From the IMG/VR virus record IMGVR_UViG_3300011337_000448, positions 1-37,927 of that record: a DNA stretch of 37,927 nt. One strand, given 5' to 3'. The notes below the pieces were generated by a model. That model did no database searches and was not told the DNA's origin. It worked only from the letters and a program-made list of their open reading frames with translations. Positions 24,201 through 33,367 of this stretch are shown piece after piece. Source of the stretch: a virus (lineage: Duplodnaviria > Caudoviricetes). Made by a program: the position numbers and the translations under genes. Position 1 is the stretch's first letter. The number at the start of each line of letters is the position of its first letter.

Positions 24201-25970
24201 TTAGGCTGTGGCGAGTCCTTTTAGAATGTCTTTGATGTCGATAAGCGTTGTCTCTTTAGGAAGAGCGTCTGCCCATTTTGGAGTAACTCTGCTTATTGCT
24301 TCTTCTCTAAAAGATTCGCGATCTGTTGAACCACGCTTAAGAATATCCCTGCGTTTATTGTCTTCTTCAGCCTGTTTTTTAAGTCGCGTCATTTCATCGC
24401 GCACGTCAGAATCAAACGCTTTTTTCCTCTGGCGTTTCATGTCGTTCTGATCTCTAATTTCTTGTTTTCTTTGTGCCGGCGTCATCCCAGCTTTGTCGAT
24501 AGAGCGTTGAACCGCTTCTCGGTTCTGATCCCGCAGTTCAGCCTTCCCGTTCTTGGCTTCTTCTGTGATACTCTCCTCAAGACCAAGAATCTCCTGTTTG
24601 AGCCCGACGATGCGGTTGTATTGCTCAATCTGGCCTTCGGTCACATTGCGACCGTTTTTGACGGCATCCTCAAACTGATCTTTGGTCAGCTTGTCGAATC
24701 CACCCGGATCGTCGCCCATCAAAAACTCTCCTTCTGCCTCCAGTGCTTTTTTGGCATTGGCCAGCCTTTCTTCATCCGTTCCAGCCAAGCCCTGCTGCGC
24801 AGAATACACCGCTTCCTGCACGCTTTTGATTTTGCGTACCGTGTCCTCGTGCAGACTCAGCAGTTCCTTTGCATCAGCAATGGCTTGATCGGCTGCCTTT
24901 TTGGCTTCGTCTTGTGCTTGTTTCTCCTTGGCGGCTTGCTCGTTTTTGAATTGCTCTTCCCACCGCCAACGCGCAGCGTCCAGTTCGCGATTCTCCTGAT
25001 TGCCTTTGTCGAGCTTCTCTTGCAGCTTTGCCCTTTCTTCTGCTGCCTTTAATAGGTCCGCTTCCGCTTTTTTCTGACGATCCAATGCGCGAAGGAGTTT
25101 CCTTTGATCTTCATCTTCAACATTAGGATCACCCCCGGCAGCCATCAGAGAAAATGCTTCTTCGTTAGCTTGAATCTCTTTTTGCTTTTTGATTATATAA
25201 TCCAAAAAAGACGAAAGCCCGCCCGCAATTCCTTTTGTGGCTCCAGAACTTTGCTCACCAGCCATCTCTTTCAAAGTTTCAAACTTTGCCTTAATGGCAT
25301 CAATTTGACCTCCCAACCCACGTGTCATTTTAGGCATTGCCTCAGCCATTTTTAGCAATGTCTCAGCCACTTGCTTTCCGCTCAAGTTGAGCTTCTGCAA
25401 GTCCTCGGCCCGAGCCGATCCAAATGCTTCACGCAAAAGTTTAGACGTGACTGGGAGTGCTTCCTTTAGCTGACTAAGTTCTTCGGCCAAAGGTTTTGGC
25501 GATGCGTAAAGCTGCTGTAATCCGTAGATAAAACGGCCCAGCTCTTCGCTGCCACCGCCGCCTGAAGCGATTGCATTCTGGAGTGTTCTGATCGTTTTGA
25601 ATGCGTCCGCCGCACTCATCCCAGCAGCTTGGAGTTGAAGTGTCGCTTTAGCCGCAACGCTCATATTCAAGCCAATTTCAGATGAGAGCTTTTTCAGCTC
25701 TTCATATTGCTGCATTCCAAGAATGTCGCTGCCTGAGGTAGCTTTTAACGCATTCTGGAGCTTCTCCGCTTCGATGTAGGTTGCTCCAATATCTTTTGCG
25801 ATACCAACAAAAGCCGATCCGATTGCTCCGCCGATGGCGATATTCTTGAGCATCGCAAATGAAGACGACATACTCGACACCGCCGAATTGGTCGTCTTCA
25901 TAGCTCCGCTTAGCCCAGCCGTAAATTGACTGGAGTCGAGCCTGAGTGATGCGTCTAGCGTTGCAGCCAT
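24201..25970 (-). CDS. Tail tape measure protein
   Basis: L.LDSSQFTAGL N-terminus, tape-measure domain (QLQAAG...EELSQLKEALP), long helical coiled coil; follows the chaperone frameshift pair. Confidence 0.88.
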   Translation of the reverse strand: MAATLDASLRLDSSQFTAGLSGAMKTTNSAVSSMSSSFAMLKNIAIGGAIGSAFVGIAKDIGATYIEAEKLQNALKATSGSDILGMQQYEELKKLSSEIGLNMSVAAKATLQLQAAGMSAADAFKTIRTLQNAIASGGGGSEELGRFIYGLQQLYASPKPLAEELSQLKEALPVTSKLLREAFGSARAEDLQKLNLSGKQVAETLLKMAEAMPKMTRGLGGQIDAIKAKFETLKEMAGEQSSGATKGIAGGLSSFLDYIIKKQKEIQANEEAFSLMAAGGDPNVEDEDQRKLLRALDRQKKAEADLLKAAEERAKLQEKLDKGNQENRELDAARWRWEEQFKNEQAAKEKQAQDEAKKAADQAIADAKELLSLHEDTVRKIKSVQEAVYSAQQGLAGTDEERLANAKKALEAEGEFLMGDDPGGFDKLTKDQFEDAVKNGRNVTEGQIEQYNRIVGLKQEILGLEESITEEAKNGKAELRDQNREAVQRSIDKAGMTPAQRKQEIRDQNDMKRQRKKAFDSDVRDEMTRLKKQAEEDNKRRDILKRGSTDRESFREEAISRVTPKWADALPKETTLIDIKDILKGLATA

Positions 25971-25990
25971 GAAATCACTCGTTATGTCAA
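25968..25990 (-). promoter_or_regulatory. TTGACA-N14-ATG motif (copy 2)
   Basis: TGTCAATTCA TTGACA TAACGAGTGATTTC ATG. Confidence 0.7.
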
Positions 25991-26239
25991 TGAATTGACA
26001 AGGCGGTTCGACTTCCGCCGCTGGATGTAATCCATGGCGCTGCGGATCGTCTCATCCTCCATCATGTCATGGCCGACCCACTGGGTTTCGATACCCTGTT
26101 GGATCAATGCCATGTGCAGGTAAGCCAACCCGCGCGCAAGCGGCAGCTCCCACAGAATCTCTTGTTCGGTCAGTCCCGTAATGGGTCGCACTAGCGAGAC
26201 GTAATGGGCCTGAAAGACCGGACTGGCTAACGCTTTCCC
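25982..26239 (-). CDS. Tail assembly chaperone, frameshifted (gpT-like) part
   Basis: The -1 frame from GGGAAAG reads GKALASPVFQAHYVSLVRPITGLTEQEILWELPL... open to 25982. Confidence 0.8.
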   Translation of the reverse strand, partial: GKALASPVFQAHYVSLVRPITGLTEQEILWELPLARGLAYLHMALIQQGIETQWVGHDMMEDETIRSAMDYIQRRKSNRLVNSLT

Positions 26240-26679
26240 TCGCCGCCGGCTGTAGGCACCACCTCGGATTGATTGGCTGTCGAGTCGTTCAGGATGCGCA
26301 GACCAAGGCTGATTGCGTCGCGTTCTTCCGAGATCTTAATGTTGGCGTCGATCCAATCATCGCACGCATCAATCAACGCTTGGATGCCTTGCGCTCGCAG
26401 CTTTCGGAGTTGTGCTGTTGGCGTGATGCAGACAAAGATCAGCACCTTGCTGAGTGGTGCGAATAGCGAGAACTCGTCGAAACAAGCGTCTAGCGAAGGA
26501 AAGCCTGACTTGTGGCACATCGACACCCATATGTCTTTACGCGAGCAAGACACACCCTCAAATTCTTTCCCCTTCCACTGGTACGCCGCATTGAATGCGT
26601 CCGTCCTGCGTTGCTCCTGCTCGTTTGGCAGGTCAATTAGTGAAATACCGTCGTCCTCTTGTGTTTGAATGTCGATCAT
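26227..26679 (-). CDS. Tail assembly chaperone (gpG-like)
   Basis: Ends ...GAG GGA AAG CGT TAG with slippery G GGA AAG; upstream of the tape measure. Confidence 0.8.
   Translation of the reverse strand: MIDIQTQEDDGISLIDLPNEQEQRRTDAFNAAYQWKGKEFEGVSCSRKDIWVSMCHKSGFPSLDACFDEFSLFAPLSKVLIFVCITPTAQLRKLRAQGIQALIDACDDWIDANIKISEERDAISLGLRILNDSTANQSEVVPTAGGEGKR
26233..26239 (-). other. Programmed -1 ribosomal frameshift site GGGAAAG
   Basis: Same heptamer as lambda G/T, in X XXY YYZ phase, joining two ORFs. Confidence 0.85.
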
Positions 26680-27077
26680 GGTCTGCCAGTGGCAAGGAAT
26701 CGGTCAGCCATTTCCATTCCTTTGTTGGTAATGGATTCCCGCACATAAGCCGTGCGCGTGGTGCCCTTCCTTGTAATTAGCACTTGTCGCTCTGCTGAGT
26801 CAAGTGCGCGCTTGGCAGCGTGTCTGTTTTTGATCGCCATCAGATACCCAAGAAGCTCATGGTTCGGATCAAGCTTTTGCAGCTCACCCGACATCAGCGC
26901 CTTCATCAAGTGCCCGACGTTGATCTCCGGCATTGTCACCGAAGTGGTGGAAAGATACATCGTGACGTATTCCTTCCCGCTGTCCGCCCTGACCTGCACC
27001 ACCGGCTTCATGACAACGCCCATCGTCATGAAAGCAGACGCCACATCAACGTCCGTGCATGCAATCCAGCTTTCCAT
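26676..27077 (-). CDS. Hypothetical protein between tail tube and chaperone
   Basis: MESWIACTD... 133 aa, coupled on both sides. Confidence 0.7.
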   Translation of the reverse strand: MESWIACTDVDVASAFMTMGVVMKPVVQVRADSGKEYVTMYLSTTSVTMPEINVGHLMKALMSGELQKLDPNHELLGYLMAIKNRHAAKRALDSAERQVLITRKGTTRTAYVRESITNKGMEMADRFLATGRP

Positions 27078-27078
27078 A

Positions 27079-27483
27079 TTACACAACAAATGGGTACTGC
27101 TTCACTGAGAAGGTAGTTTTGGCCATCTCGGTGTTGGTCTCCGTGCGGTTCGGGTCCATAAAGATCATGGTGCCGTCGCCCGGAACAAAACCATAAGTGT
27201 TGGCGGTAAAGTTCGCCAGCGTGGTCACTTCAGTGCCGGGATGCTGGTTTGCCAGTCCGGTCGTTTTGTTGGTGATGTAGCCGTCAAAAGCAAACGTGAT
27301 CGTCGGATTGCGGTACTCAAGACCGAAGGTAGCGCCAGCAGCGTTGAGATAAGCCTTTTCATCCCGCGCCGCAGTAATGGTCAAGGATTGGACGAGGATG
27401 TCCGGCGTTGTTGGATTGCTTTCATCCAGCAGCGTTGAAGATGGAATGTTTCCGTGTTGAATGAGTGCGGCGACGGCGGGCAT
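27079..27483 (-). CDS. Putative major tail tube protein
   Basis: 134 aa Thr-rich beta protein at the expected position; preceded by the TTGACA-N14-ATG motif. Confidence 0.65.
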   Translation of the reverse strand: MPAVAALIQHGNIPSSTLLDESNPTTPDILVQSLTITAARDEKAYLNAAGATFGLEYRNPTITFAFDGYITNKTTGLANQHPGTEVTTLANFTANTYGFVPGDGTMIFMDPNRTETNTEMAKTTFSVKQYPFVV

Positions 27484-27503
27484 AAATATCGGGCAGGTGT
27501 CAA
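27481..27503 (-). promoter_or_regulatory. TTGACA-N14-ATG motif (copy 3)
   Basis: TAAGA TTGACA CCTGCCCGATATTT ATG. Confidence 0.7.
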
Positions 27504-27505
27504 TC

Positions 27506-27991
27506 TTATTGCTGTGTGGACGCGCAGATGATCGTGAATGCGTACTCAGTCGAAAGCGTGTCGTTCTCGCTCATTCCGGGCGTCATATTGTTGCTGTGCT
27601 GTTTCAACACGTAAACGCCTTGCCCGTTGCTGATTGCGTTGATCTTCTGGCCCAGCGTGGTTGTGTTCCAGACACCAAAGAGAAGCGCGGAAATATTCTC
27701 CGCCCGCAGTTCATGCCGGGGCCGAGTGTCCGCACCTAGTGTCAGGTTGGCTTCTTGCCGATCCTCCACCATGTTCACGTTTAGCCGGCAGTGCCAGACG
27801 GTCCCGGCCTGCGGAATTTCGTCTGATTCGGTCACGCGCGCGACGATGAATGGCAGCTTCACCTCGTCGTTTTCTCGGTCGTCGCAAAGCGTAAAGCCAG
27901 TAAACGCATCAAGCGACATCAGCTCATTGTCGAGCACTTCGAGCAAGCGACGTTGTAGGCGGTCTGAAGGACAGATTGGGTAGGTAATCAT
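27506..27991 (-). CDS. Putative tail terminator protein
   Basis: Acidic 161 aa with LPFIV motif, directly upstream of the tail tube; positional inference. Confidence 0.55.
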   Translation of the reverse strand: MITYPICPSDRLQRRLLEVLDNELMSLDAFTGFTLCDDRENDEVKLPFIVARVTESDEIPQAGTVWHCRLNVNMVEDRQEANLTLGADTRPRHELRAENISALLFGVWNTTTLGQKINAISNGQGVYVLKQHSNNMTPGMSENDTLSTEYAFTIICASTQQ

Positions 27992-28665
27992 TTCTTAAAT
28001 CCTGTTTTTTTGGCAACGTCGTTCACGTCATCCCGCATCCATTGAATAAACTGACGACGCACCTCAGGAATGGATGAGCTGAATGCGTGTGGTGCTATTA
28101 TATAAGCTCCTAGGCGTTGCACGCTGGCGAAGGCATGAACCTTCCCGTTTGATGCGGGAACAGCTTTGGTGCCGATTGAGCGGCCCTTGAAACGCTTCTG
28201 ATTGCGAGGCATCCCGATCCTTGGCACGTTGAACGCCTTGTATGCGGGAATGAAGCCAGCCGCCAAGAATCCAACTGAGCGAACGCGCGCATTTACAAAC
28301 CTTTCGACAGTTTCGTAAAAGTCGCTGACGAAAGAAGCCGAGTTTGGCCCACTGCTGGCCTTTGGGAAATACCTAATCCCCTGTTTTTTCCTTATGCGAT
28401 TCGCAATGACTGCTGCCGCCAAAGTATTCGTGAGCTGGTGACGCTTTTTCTTCTCGCTTCGACTAAATCTTTTCGCTTGGCCGGTTAGCTCAATTCGCAC
28501 TTGAGCCGCTGTTGTTGATCGCTGTTTGACCTTGTTGGCAGCGAATGGAAGCCAAAACCGCATTGCCTTATTGACTACCGATGCGTCGGTCTTCTTTTTC
28601 ATCCGCTTATAATCGGCCATCGCTTTTTCAAGCAGCGACGTGTTGAATTTGACCATCAGACTCAT
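27988..28665 (-). CDS. Putative neck/tail-completion protein
   Basis: Very basic 225-aa protein in the gpZ/HK97-gp10 position. Confidence 0.55.
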   Translation of the reverse strand: MSLMVKFNTSLLEKAMADYKRMKKKTDASVVNKAMRFWLPFAANKVKQRSTTAAQVRIELTGQAKRFSRSEKKKRHQLTNTLAAAVIANRIRKKQGIRYFPKASSGPNSASFVSDFYETVERFVNARVRSVGFLAAGFIPAYKAFNVPRIGMPRNQKRFKGRSIGTKAVPASNGKVHAFASVQRLGAYIIAPHAFSSSIPEVRRQFIQWMRDDVNDVAKKTGFKK

Positions 28666-29021
28666 GCCGCCGTCGCCTCCATGTTCGGGTCGATCAGCTC
28701 CAGATCGTAAAACGGGCGGATGTGCGTAGTCGTTACGCTGTCGATCCGGTAGACCGCCGCCGTCGCCAACACCGTCCCCATCTTAATCTCGTCGTTAATC
28801 TTCGGCACGGTTGCGAATTGCGCTTTGGTCGCTATCACGCTCACCGTGTCATCTTTGACGATAATCTGCGCCATGATGTTTCGGCCATTCTTGCCTGTCG
28901 GCTGGTAGGCGTGGATCTGCACGTTGTTGTGCCACACGTACAATTGAGCGCCGCTGGCATCGGTCCCAAACTTGGATCGGATGCGGCCATGCGCGGCGGC
29001 GATGCGTTGAGCGTAGGTCAT
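28662..29021 (-). CDS. Putative head-closure / head-tail joining protein
   Basis: 119 aa, PKINDEI...YRIDSV pattern typical of gpFII-like beta barrels. Confidence 0.55.
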   Translation of the reverse strand: MTYAQRIAAAHGRIRSKFGTDASGAQLYVWHNNVQIHAYQPTGKNGRNIMAQIIVKDDTVSVIATKAQFATVPKINDEIKMGTVLATAAVYRIDSVTTTHIRPFYDLELIDPNMEATAA

Positions 29022-29023
29022 AC

Positions 29024-29061
29024 AAAAAAGCGGCTGACAAGTATGAAAACCTGTCAGCCGC
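29024..29061 (-). terminator. Intrinsic terminator after the capsid genes
   Basis: GCGGCTGACA-12-nt loop-TGTCAGCCGC-TTTTTT on the minus strand. Confidence 0.85.
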
Positions 29062-29092
29062 CCACGATGAAGACAACACCCAGCACCAAAAA

Positions 29093-29500
29093 TTAGGTCA
29101 GCACTTTGACCAAAGCAGTTCCGCCCGCGCCAGTAGTCGATGGGGTGAATTTCACCCGCAAGTACTGGAGTGTCGCCGCCGGGAGGCGAACGCGGAAACT
29201 GGTGGCAGCAGCGCCCACACCGCCAGCACCGGTCACGATGCGGGTGATGCCAAGAGCAGTGCCGGTAGGTGATGCAGCAGCGCCGTTTAGCACAACCGCC
29301 GTGACGGTGGCACCGTTAGCGAGCTGACCCACCGTAAAGGCAGGAAATGCGATTTCCAGCTCATGCTCTTCCGTCAAGAATGCTTTGCTGTTGGTGCCGA
29401 GGTTGATGTCGGCAGTGAACGCATCAACCGCAGTGGCCGGGATGGTGACCGAGACGGTCAGGTCAGCGTCCTGAATGTTTCGAGAGAATTCGTTTGGCAT
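29093..29500 (-). CDS. Capsid cement/decoration protein (Bbp16-like)
   Basis: 135 aa directly after the capsid gene and before the terminator; RLPAATLQYLRVKFT resembles the BPP-1 cement protein C-terminal strand pattern. Confidence 0.6.
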   Translation of the reverse strand: MPNEFSRNIQDADLTVSVTIPATAVDAFTADINLGTNSKAFLTEEHELEIAFPAFTVGQLANGATVTAVVLNGAAASPTGTALGITRIVTGAGGVGAAATSFRVRLPAATLQYLRVKFTPSTTGAGGTALVKVLT

Positions 29501-29519
29501 GGTCTTAGATTCTTAGAAC

Positions 29520-30461
29520 TTAGGCGGTGAGAGCTTCATCGTTGGCGATGGAGTCGGTGATAACGATTGGGATGCCGTTAGATTCGCTTGGGAGAGGAGC
29601 GAAAATTTCAGCACCGCTGGAGGTTTTGACACCATTCTGCACACTGGAAGCAGAGCGGCTGACCTGCAATTGGTAAGCACTGCGGCGGTTCATGAGCCAG
29701 TAATTCGGGCGGTAGCCCACCGGATATTTGCTGAGGAGTTCAGCAAGTTTGGCGTCGGTGACACCGGCACCAGAATCGGCGGTCGCGTCTTTGAGTCGGC
29801 CAACGCTGTATTTGCTGCCGACCTGCATGCCGACCCAAGCGGTCAGGTTAGCGACGTGCGCTGGGTACACCGAAGAGGTGCCCACATTCTCGATGCGCCA
29901 TTCGCCGAGTTCAAAGGTTGTACCAGCACCGAAGACGAGCTGAACGCCTTGCGTGTCGGTATTGATGCCGTACACAGAGGAAGCGGTTCCGCCAGTGGTT
30001 CCGCCGGCATCGACCACGAGGCCGGAGTTGAACGCGGTGTGAATGGCTTGCAGTCCGGGAAAGCCCTTCGCATCAGCGGTGGTTCCATAGATGACTTGGG
30101 AACCGAGTTCGATCATCGCTTGGCGCATGACGCCGACCGATTCAATGTCTTTCCAAGCTTGTTCGCCATCTTCATAAGCGCGAGCCACGGCCAAGTCGGC
30201 CTGAACTGCACCGCTGAGGATGTAGCACTCAATGAGTTGGTTCTCGAATTCGGACTTGGTTGGAGTTGAGCCTTCGTTCGCCGCACGGAAGCCGACGCCG
30301 GGATACGAGACGCGCGAGGCGATCTTGTACGAGGTGCCGCGAATGGTGCGGGCGGGCATGATCTGAACCTCCGGAGCGTAGGTCAGTGTTTCCTCGATGA
30401 GCCCGACAATGGTGTCGGAGCCATTGAGCTTGGCGATGTCGAGCAGGTTGGCTTGAGGCAT
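29520..30461 (-). CDS. Major capsid protein (HK97 fold)
   Basis: 313 aa; PGVGFRAANEG, YG.....KGFPGL, WLMNRR, GIPIVITDSI; follows the protease/scaffold. Confidence 0.85.
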   Translation of the reverse strand: MPQANLLDIAKLNGSDTIVGLIEETLTYAPEVQIMPARTIRGTSYKIASRVSYPGVGFRAANEGSTPTKSEFENQLIECYILSGAVQADLAVARAYEDGEQAWKDIESVGVMRQAMIELGSQVIYGTTADAKGFPGLQAIHTAFNSGLVVDAGGTTGGTASSVYGINTDTQGVQLVFGAGTTFELGEWRIENVGTSSVYPAHVANLTAWVGMQVGSKYSVGRLKDATADSGAGVTDAKLAELLSKYPVGYRPNYWLMNRRSAYQLQVSRSASSVQNGVKTSSGAEIFAPLPSESNGIPIVITDSIANDEALTA

Positions 30462-30479
30462 GGTTTTAGAAGAAAGTTG

Positions 30480-31391
30480 TTAGGATTGAGCGGAAAGATA
30501 GGAAGCCTCAGATGGGTACTTCTCAGAAAATGCGCGGGCCGCTTTGATGCGCTCCAGTCCGACCTTGCCTTCCAGCGCGGCTTTCTTGGCGTCAGCAAAA
30601 GCGATGACTGGAGCGGCGACTTCTTGCTCGTTTACTGGAGCGGAAAAGGCAGCCGGCGCAGGGGCCGCAGCAGCGAGGCGAGCTTGCAGTTCGAGGTCAA
30701 CGGCTGGCTTCTCGGCAAACGCTTTAATGTCGGCGGCGATCTTCTCGCACTCGGTCGCAAGCTTGGCTTCGTAGGCCGCCATCTGCGCGGTCAATTGTTC
30801 GATCTTTTCGGACAGTGCCGAAAATTCGGAAACAAAGGAAGGAGCTTGAGGAGCTTCTGGCACTTCTGGCGGAGTTGATGGTTCACCCATAACAGGTTCG
30901 TCGCTGTCAATCTGATCTGCCGAAAACACTCCATCCGCATTAGCTGCGGGCGTGTCTACAAAGTCTGCCGAGTAAAGGCCGCGTGGGCGGGTCATGTAAT
31001 TACCGCTCTCCTTGTCCAGCTCTGGAGAATCCGCTGCAAACATTAAGGAAACGCCGAAAGCCGCCGGGATTTCATTGATCATTTCAAGCAGCATGTCTTT
31101 TCCAGCGTGCGCTTCAAAGAGAGTGAGATCAGCCAAAAGCTTGCCTTTGCTGACCCGGAAATTCTCGTAATATCCAACCGTATCCTGCACTGAAGAGAAA
31201 TGATTCAGCTTCGCTTTCACACGTCCCTTTGCCATCGCAAGAGATTTAAACTGTCCAAGCGACTTGCGATCCACAAACACCCCGTGACCGAGTGCTGGCC
31301 CCTCTTGGATCAAGGAAACACCCATGATGGTGTTCCCTGAAACTTTCCCTTGGAATGCGGCGAACGTCTGAAGCTCTTCGGTGACTGGCAT
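30480..31391 (-). CDS. Prohead protease / scaffold fusion
   Basis: GVSLIQEGPALGHG..VD, KAKLNH, FGVS, SADFVDTPAAN..G.F, then an Ala/Glu coiled-coil scaffold; start at MPVTEE. Confidence 0.75.
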   Translation of the reverse strand: MPVTEELQTFAAFQGKVSGNTIMGVSLIQEGPALGHGVFVDRKSLGQFKSLAMAKGRVKAKLNHFSSVQDTVGYYENFRVSKGKLLADLTLFEAHAGKDMLLEMINEIPAAFGVSLMFAADSPELDKESGNYMTRPRGLYSADFVDTPAANADGVFSADQIDSDEPVMGEPSTPPEVPEAPQAPSFVSEFSALSEKIEQLTAQMAAYEAKLATECEKIAADIKAFAEKPAVDLELQARLAAAAPAPAAFSAPVNEQEVAAPVIAFADAKKAALEGKVGLERIKAARAFSEKYPSEASYLSAQS

Positions 31392-31411
31392 ACTCGCCAC
31401 CGCAATGTCAA
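31389..31411 (-). promoter_or_regulatory. TTGACA-N14-ATG motif (copy 4)
   Basis: TAAGA TTGACA TTGCGGTGGCGAGT ATG. Confidence 0.7.
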
Positions 31412-31413
31412 TC

Positions 31414-33075
31414 TTATGAGTCTTCCTCGGTGTCGCCCTCAGCAATGTCTTCAACCTCATCCTCGGCACTATCCTCAACCTCGTCAGGACTGTCGTCGTC
31501 TTCTGACTCGTCCGCCGGCGCAGCCGCTGGTGCAGCGATAGTCGGCGCATTAGGTGCCCGGCGTTCGAGCATGTAGATGGCTGTTGGTAGATCCAGCACT
31601 CCGCCAGATGCTTCCTGCACCATCTTCGCATCTTCGACAAGCTCCATGGCTTCCGCGCGCAGGAGATCGCGAATGATAGTGCGATCTTCGCCGCGATCCG
31701 CCGCAATCTGCGTTTTGGAGATGATCCCGGCCATTGTCTCGTCGATCAGCGCCTTAGATTCACGCCCAACGTCCGCCGTCACCTTTGCAGGATAGCGCCA
31801 TTCACCCGAATCAAAGTCTGGCACCGTTGGGATGTGCCCGAGCTGCATACCGCGAGCAATGACGCGCCGCACCAGAGGATTGAGCAGTTTCTCCTCCAGT
31901 GTGAGCTGCGTCATTTCAAACTCCCGCGCCGCCTGTGCCGCTTCCATCCGGACCGCAGTGCCTTGTCCCGCCCACGAGTAGATGAATCCGAACGGCAGGT
32001 TGGTCGCCATGCCGCAATTGCGAATCAGCGAGTCAAGGAAGCCGTTAAAGGTAGGACTAGGCCTGTTGCTTTCAACCGGGTTAAAACTTTCACCCTCCGC
32101 CAAGTACTCAATGGTCCCCGGCTCGATCTTCTTGAGTCGATCCGCGTCCGGATTGTAATCGTGCGAGATGTCGAGTGATACGTCTTGATCTGCCGACCCG
32201 TCCGAATTGTTGACCACGCCCGAGATGCTGGAGAGCATCTTTACCGACATTTTCTCGCACGCCAGAATCTCCATCAGATCCTTGATGTCGGTGATAGCCG
32301 CATCGAACACGGAGAAGCCACGATAGGAATCGAGCCGCGTTGGATCGAACAGGTGAAGAAAGTCCTGTGCTGGCACTTCGAGTGCCGGCGTCATTGTCTC
32401 ACCTGTCCGGCTGCGGTTGTAAATGCGGTATCGGATCGGTTTTCCTGCACCGTTGACGACTACACCAGAAAAGTCCTGCTCGTTCTTCTTCAACGGCTTA
32501 AATGGTCGCGTGTCGAGCCCTTCGCGATTTACGATAGAGCCGATTCGGTCCGCTTCAATGGCTTGGATTCGGATCGGGGAGACCATCATCATCTGCTCCA
32601 GTGGCGTCATCGGTTCTTCGAGCACGATAAAGCCGATGTCACCGTCACGCTTCATGCTGGTAACGCCCAGCCCCGCCAGCGTGCGGAAATGATGCCGCTG
32701 GCTGGCATCTGCATTGGCCATCCATCTTTCAACGTAGGCACCGATCTGCTTGTTGACTGCCTCATTGCTCGTGCGCGCGACATACTGAAGTCGACCCACA
32801 GAAAAGGTCCGATACTTCCGCAGAATCGACTTCACCACGCTGCTGTTTTCTTCCAGCCAGCGAGCTTCGCGGATCAAGGTGACCCGATCCGTGTGATTTC
32901 GCGACGAATCCGGCTGATCGAGCGTTTGACCGCTGGCTTTGCGGTTTGTGCTCGATTGCGCACCGACCCGCCAGAATCCCACCCTTTCGCCGACATCGAG
33001 AGCCGCTTTCGCACGCGCACGCTCCAAAGCGAGCTTCGGATTTACGGCGCGGATCATTGATTCGAGGTAGGTCAT
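31414..33075 (-). CDS. Portal protein, lambda family
   Basis: LIREARWLEEN, IQAIEADRI, HLFDPTR..SYRG, PGTIEYLAEGE, RPSPTF..F; acidic tail. Confidence 0.9.
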   Translation of the reverse strand: MTYLESMIRAVNPKLALERARAKAALDVGERVGFWRVGAQSSTNRKASGQTLDQPDSSRNHTDRVTLIREARWLEENSSVVKSILRKYRTFSVGRLQYVARTSNEAVNKQIGAYVERWMANADASQRHHFRTLAGLGVTSMKRDGDIGFIVLEEPMTPLEQMMMVSPIRIQAIEADRIGSIVNREGLDTRPFKPLKKNEQDFSGVVVNGAGKPIRYRIYNRSRTGETMTPALEVPAQDFLHLFDPTRLDSYRGFSVFDAAITDIKDLMEILACEKMSVKMLSSISGVVNNSDGSADQDVSLDISHDYNPDADRLKKIEPGTIEYLAEGESFNPVESNRPSPTFNGFLDSLIRNCGMATNLPFGFIYSWAGQGTAVRMEAAQAAREFEMTQLTLEEKLLNPLVRRVIARGMQLGHIPTVPDFDSGEWRYPAKVTADVGRESKALIDETMAGIISKTQIAADRGEDRTIIRDLLRAEAMELVEDAKMVQEASGGVLDLPTAIYMLERRAPNAPTIAAPAAAPADESEDDDSPDEVEDSAEDEVEDIAEGDTEEDS

Positions 33076-33347
33076 AAAACGAGTGTACTAAAGTCTGCCT
33101 TGAGGCGGTTGGAGATAGCTGGATATTTGACCGGATCGAGCTGGTGCATGCGTCGCATCACTGCGCGCATCAACGTCATAACTGGAACACCTCCGTCATT
33201 GCCGCTGGATCGCGTCTCAGACTCTCCGCCGCCCGAAGTAGAGATGACCATGGTGCCCTGACCATCAGCCAGCGCCGTGAGACACTGGTCGTAAAGCGTC
33301 TCGCAGTATTGCAGCGAGGCATAGCGTAGAATTGATGGTCCGCCCAT
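33072..33347 (-). CDS. Putative head-tail adaptor (gpW position)
   Basis: 91 aa (MGGPSILRY...) between terminase and portal; preceded by TTGACA-N14-ATG. Confidence 0.65.
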   Translation of the reverse strand: MGGPSILRYASLQYCETLYDQCLTALADGQGTMVISTSGGGESETRSSGNDGGVPVMTLMRAVMRRMHQLDPVKYPAISNRLKADFSTLVL

Positions 33348-33367
33348 AAAGTCATCCAGCCTGTCAA
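33345..33367 (-). promoter_or_regulatory. TTGACA-N14-ATG motif (copy 5)
   Basis: CTGTCAACGC TTGACA GGCTGGATGACTTT ATG. Confidence 0.7.

Noticed and set aside
30480-31706. 408-aa version of the protease and 167-aa version of the gpW-position gene from the ORF track
   Set aside because: The extensions overlap the portal and terminase genes; ATGs at 31391 and 33347 fit gene packing and the shared upstream motif.
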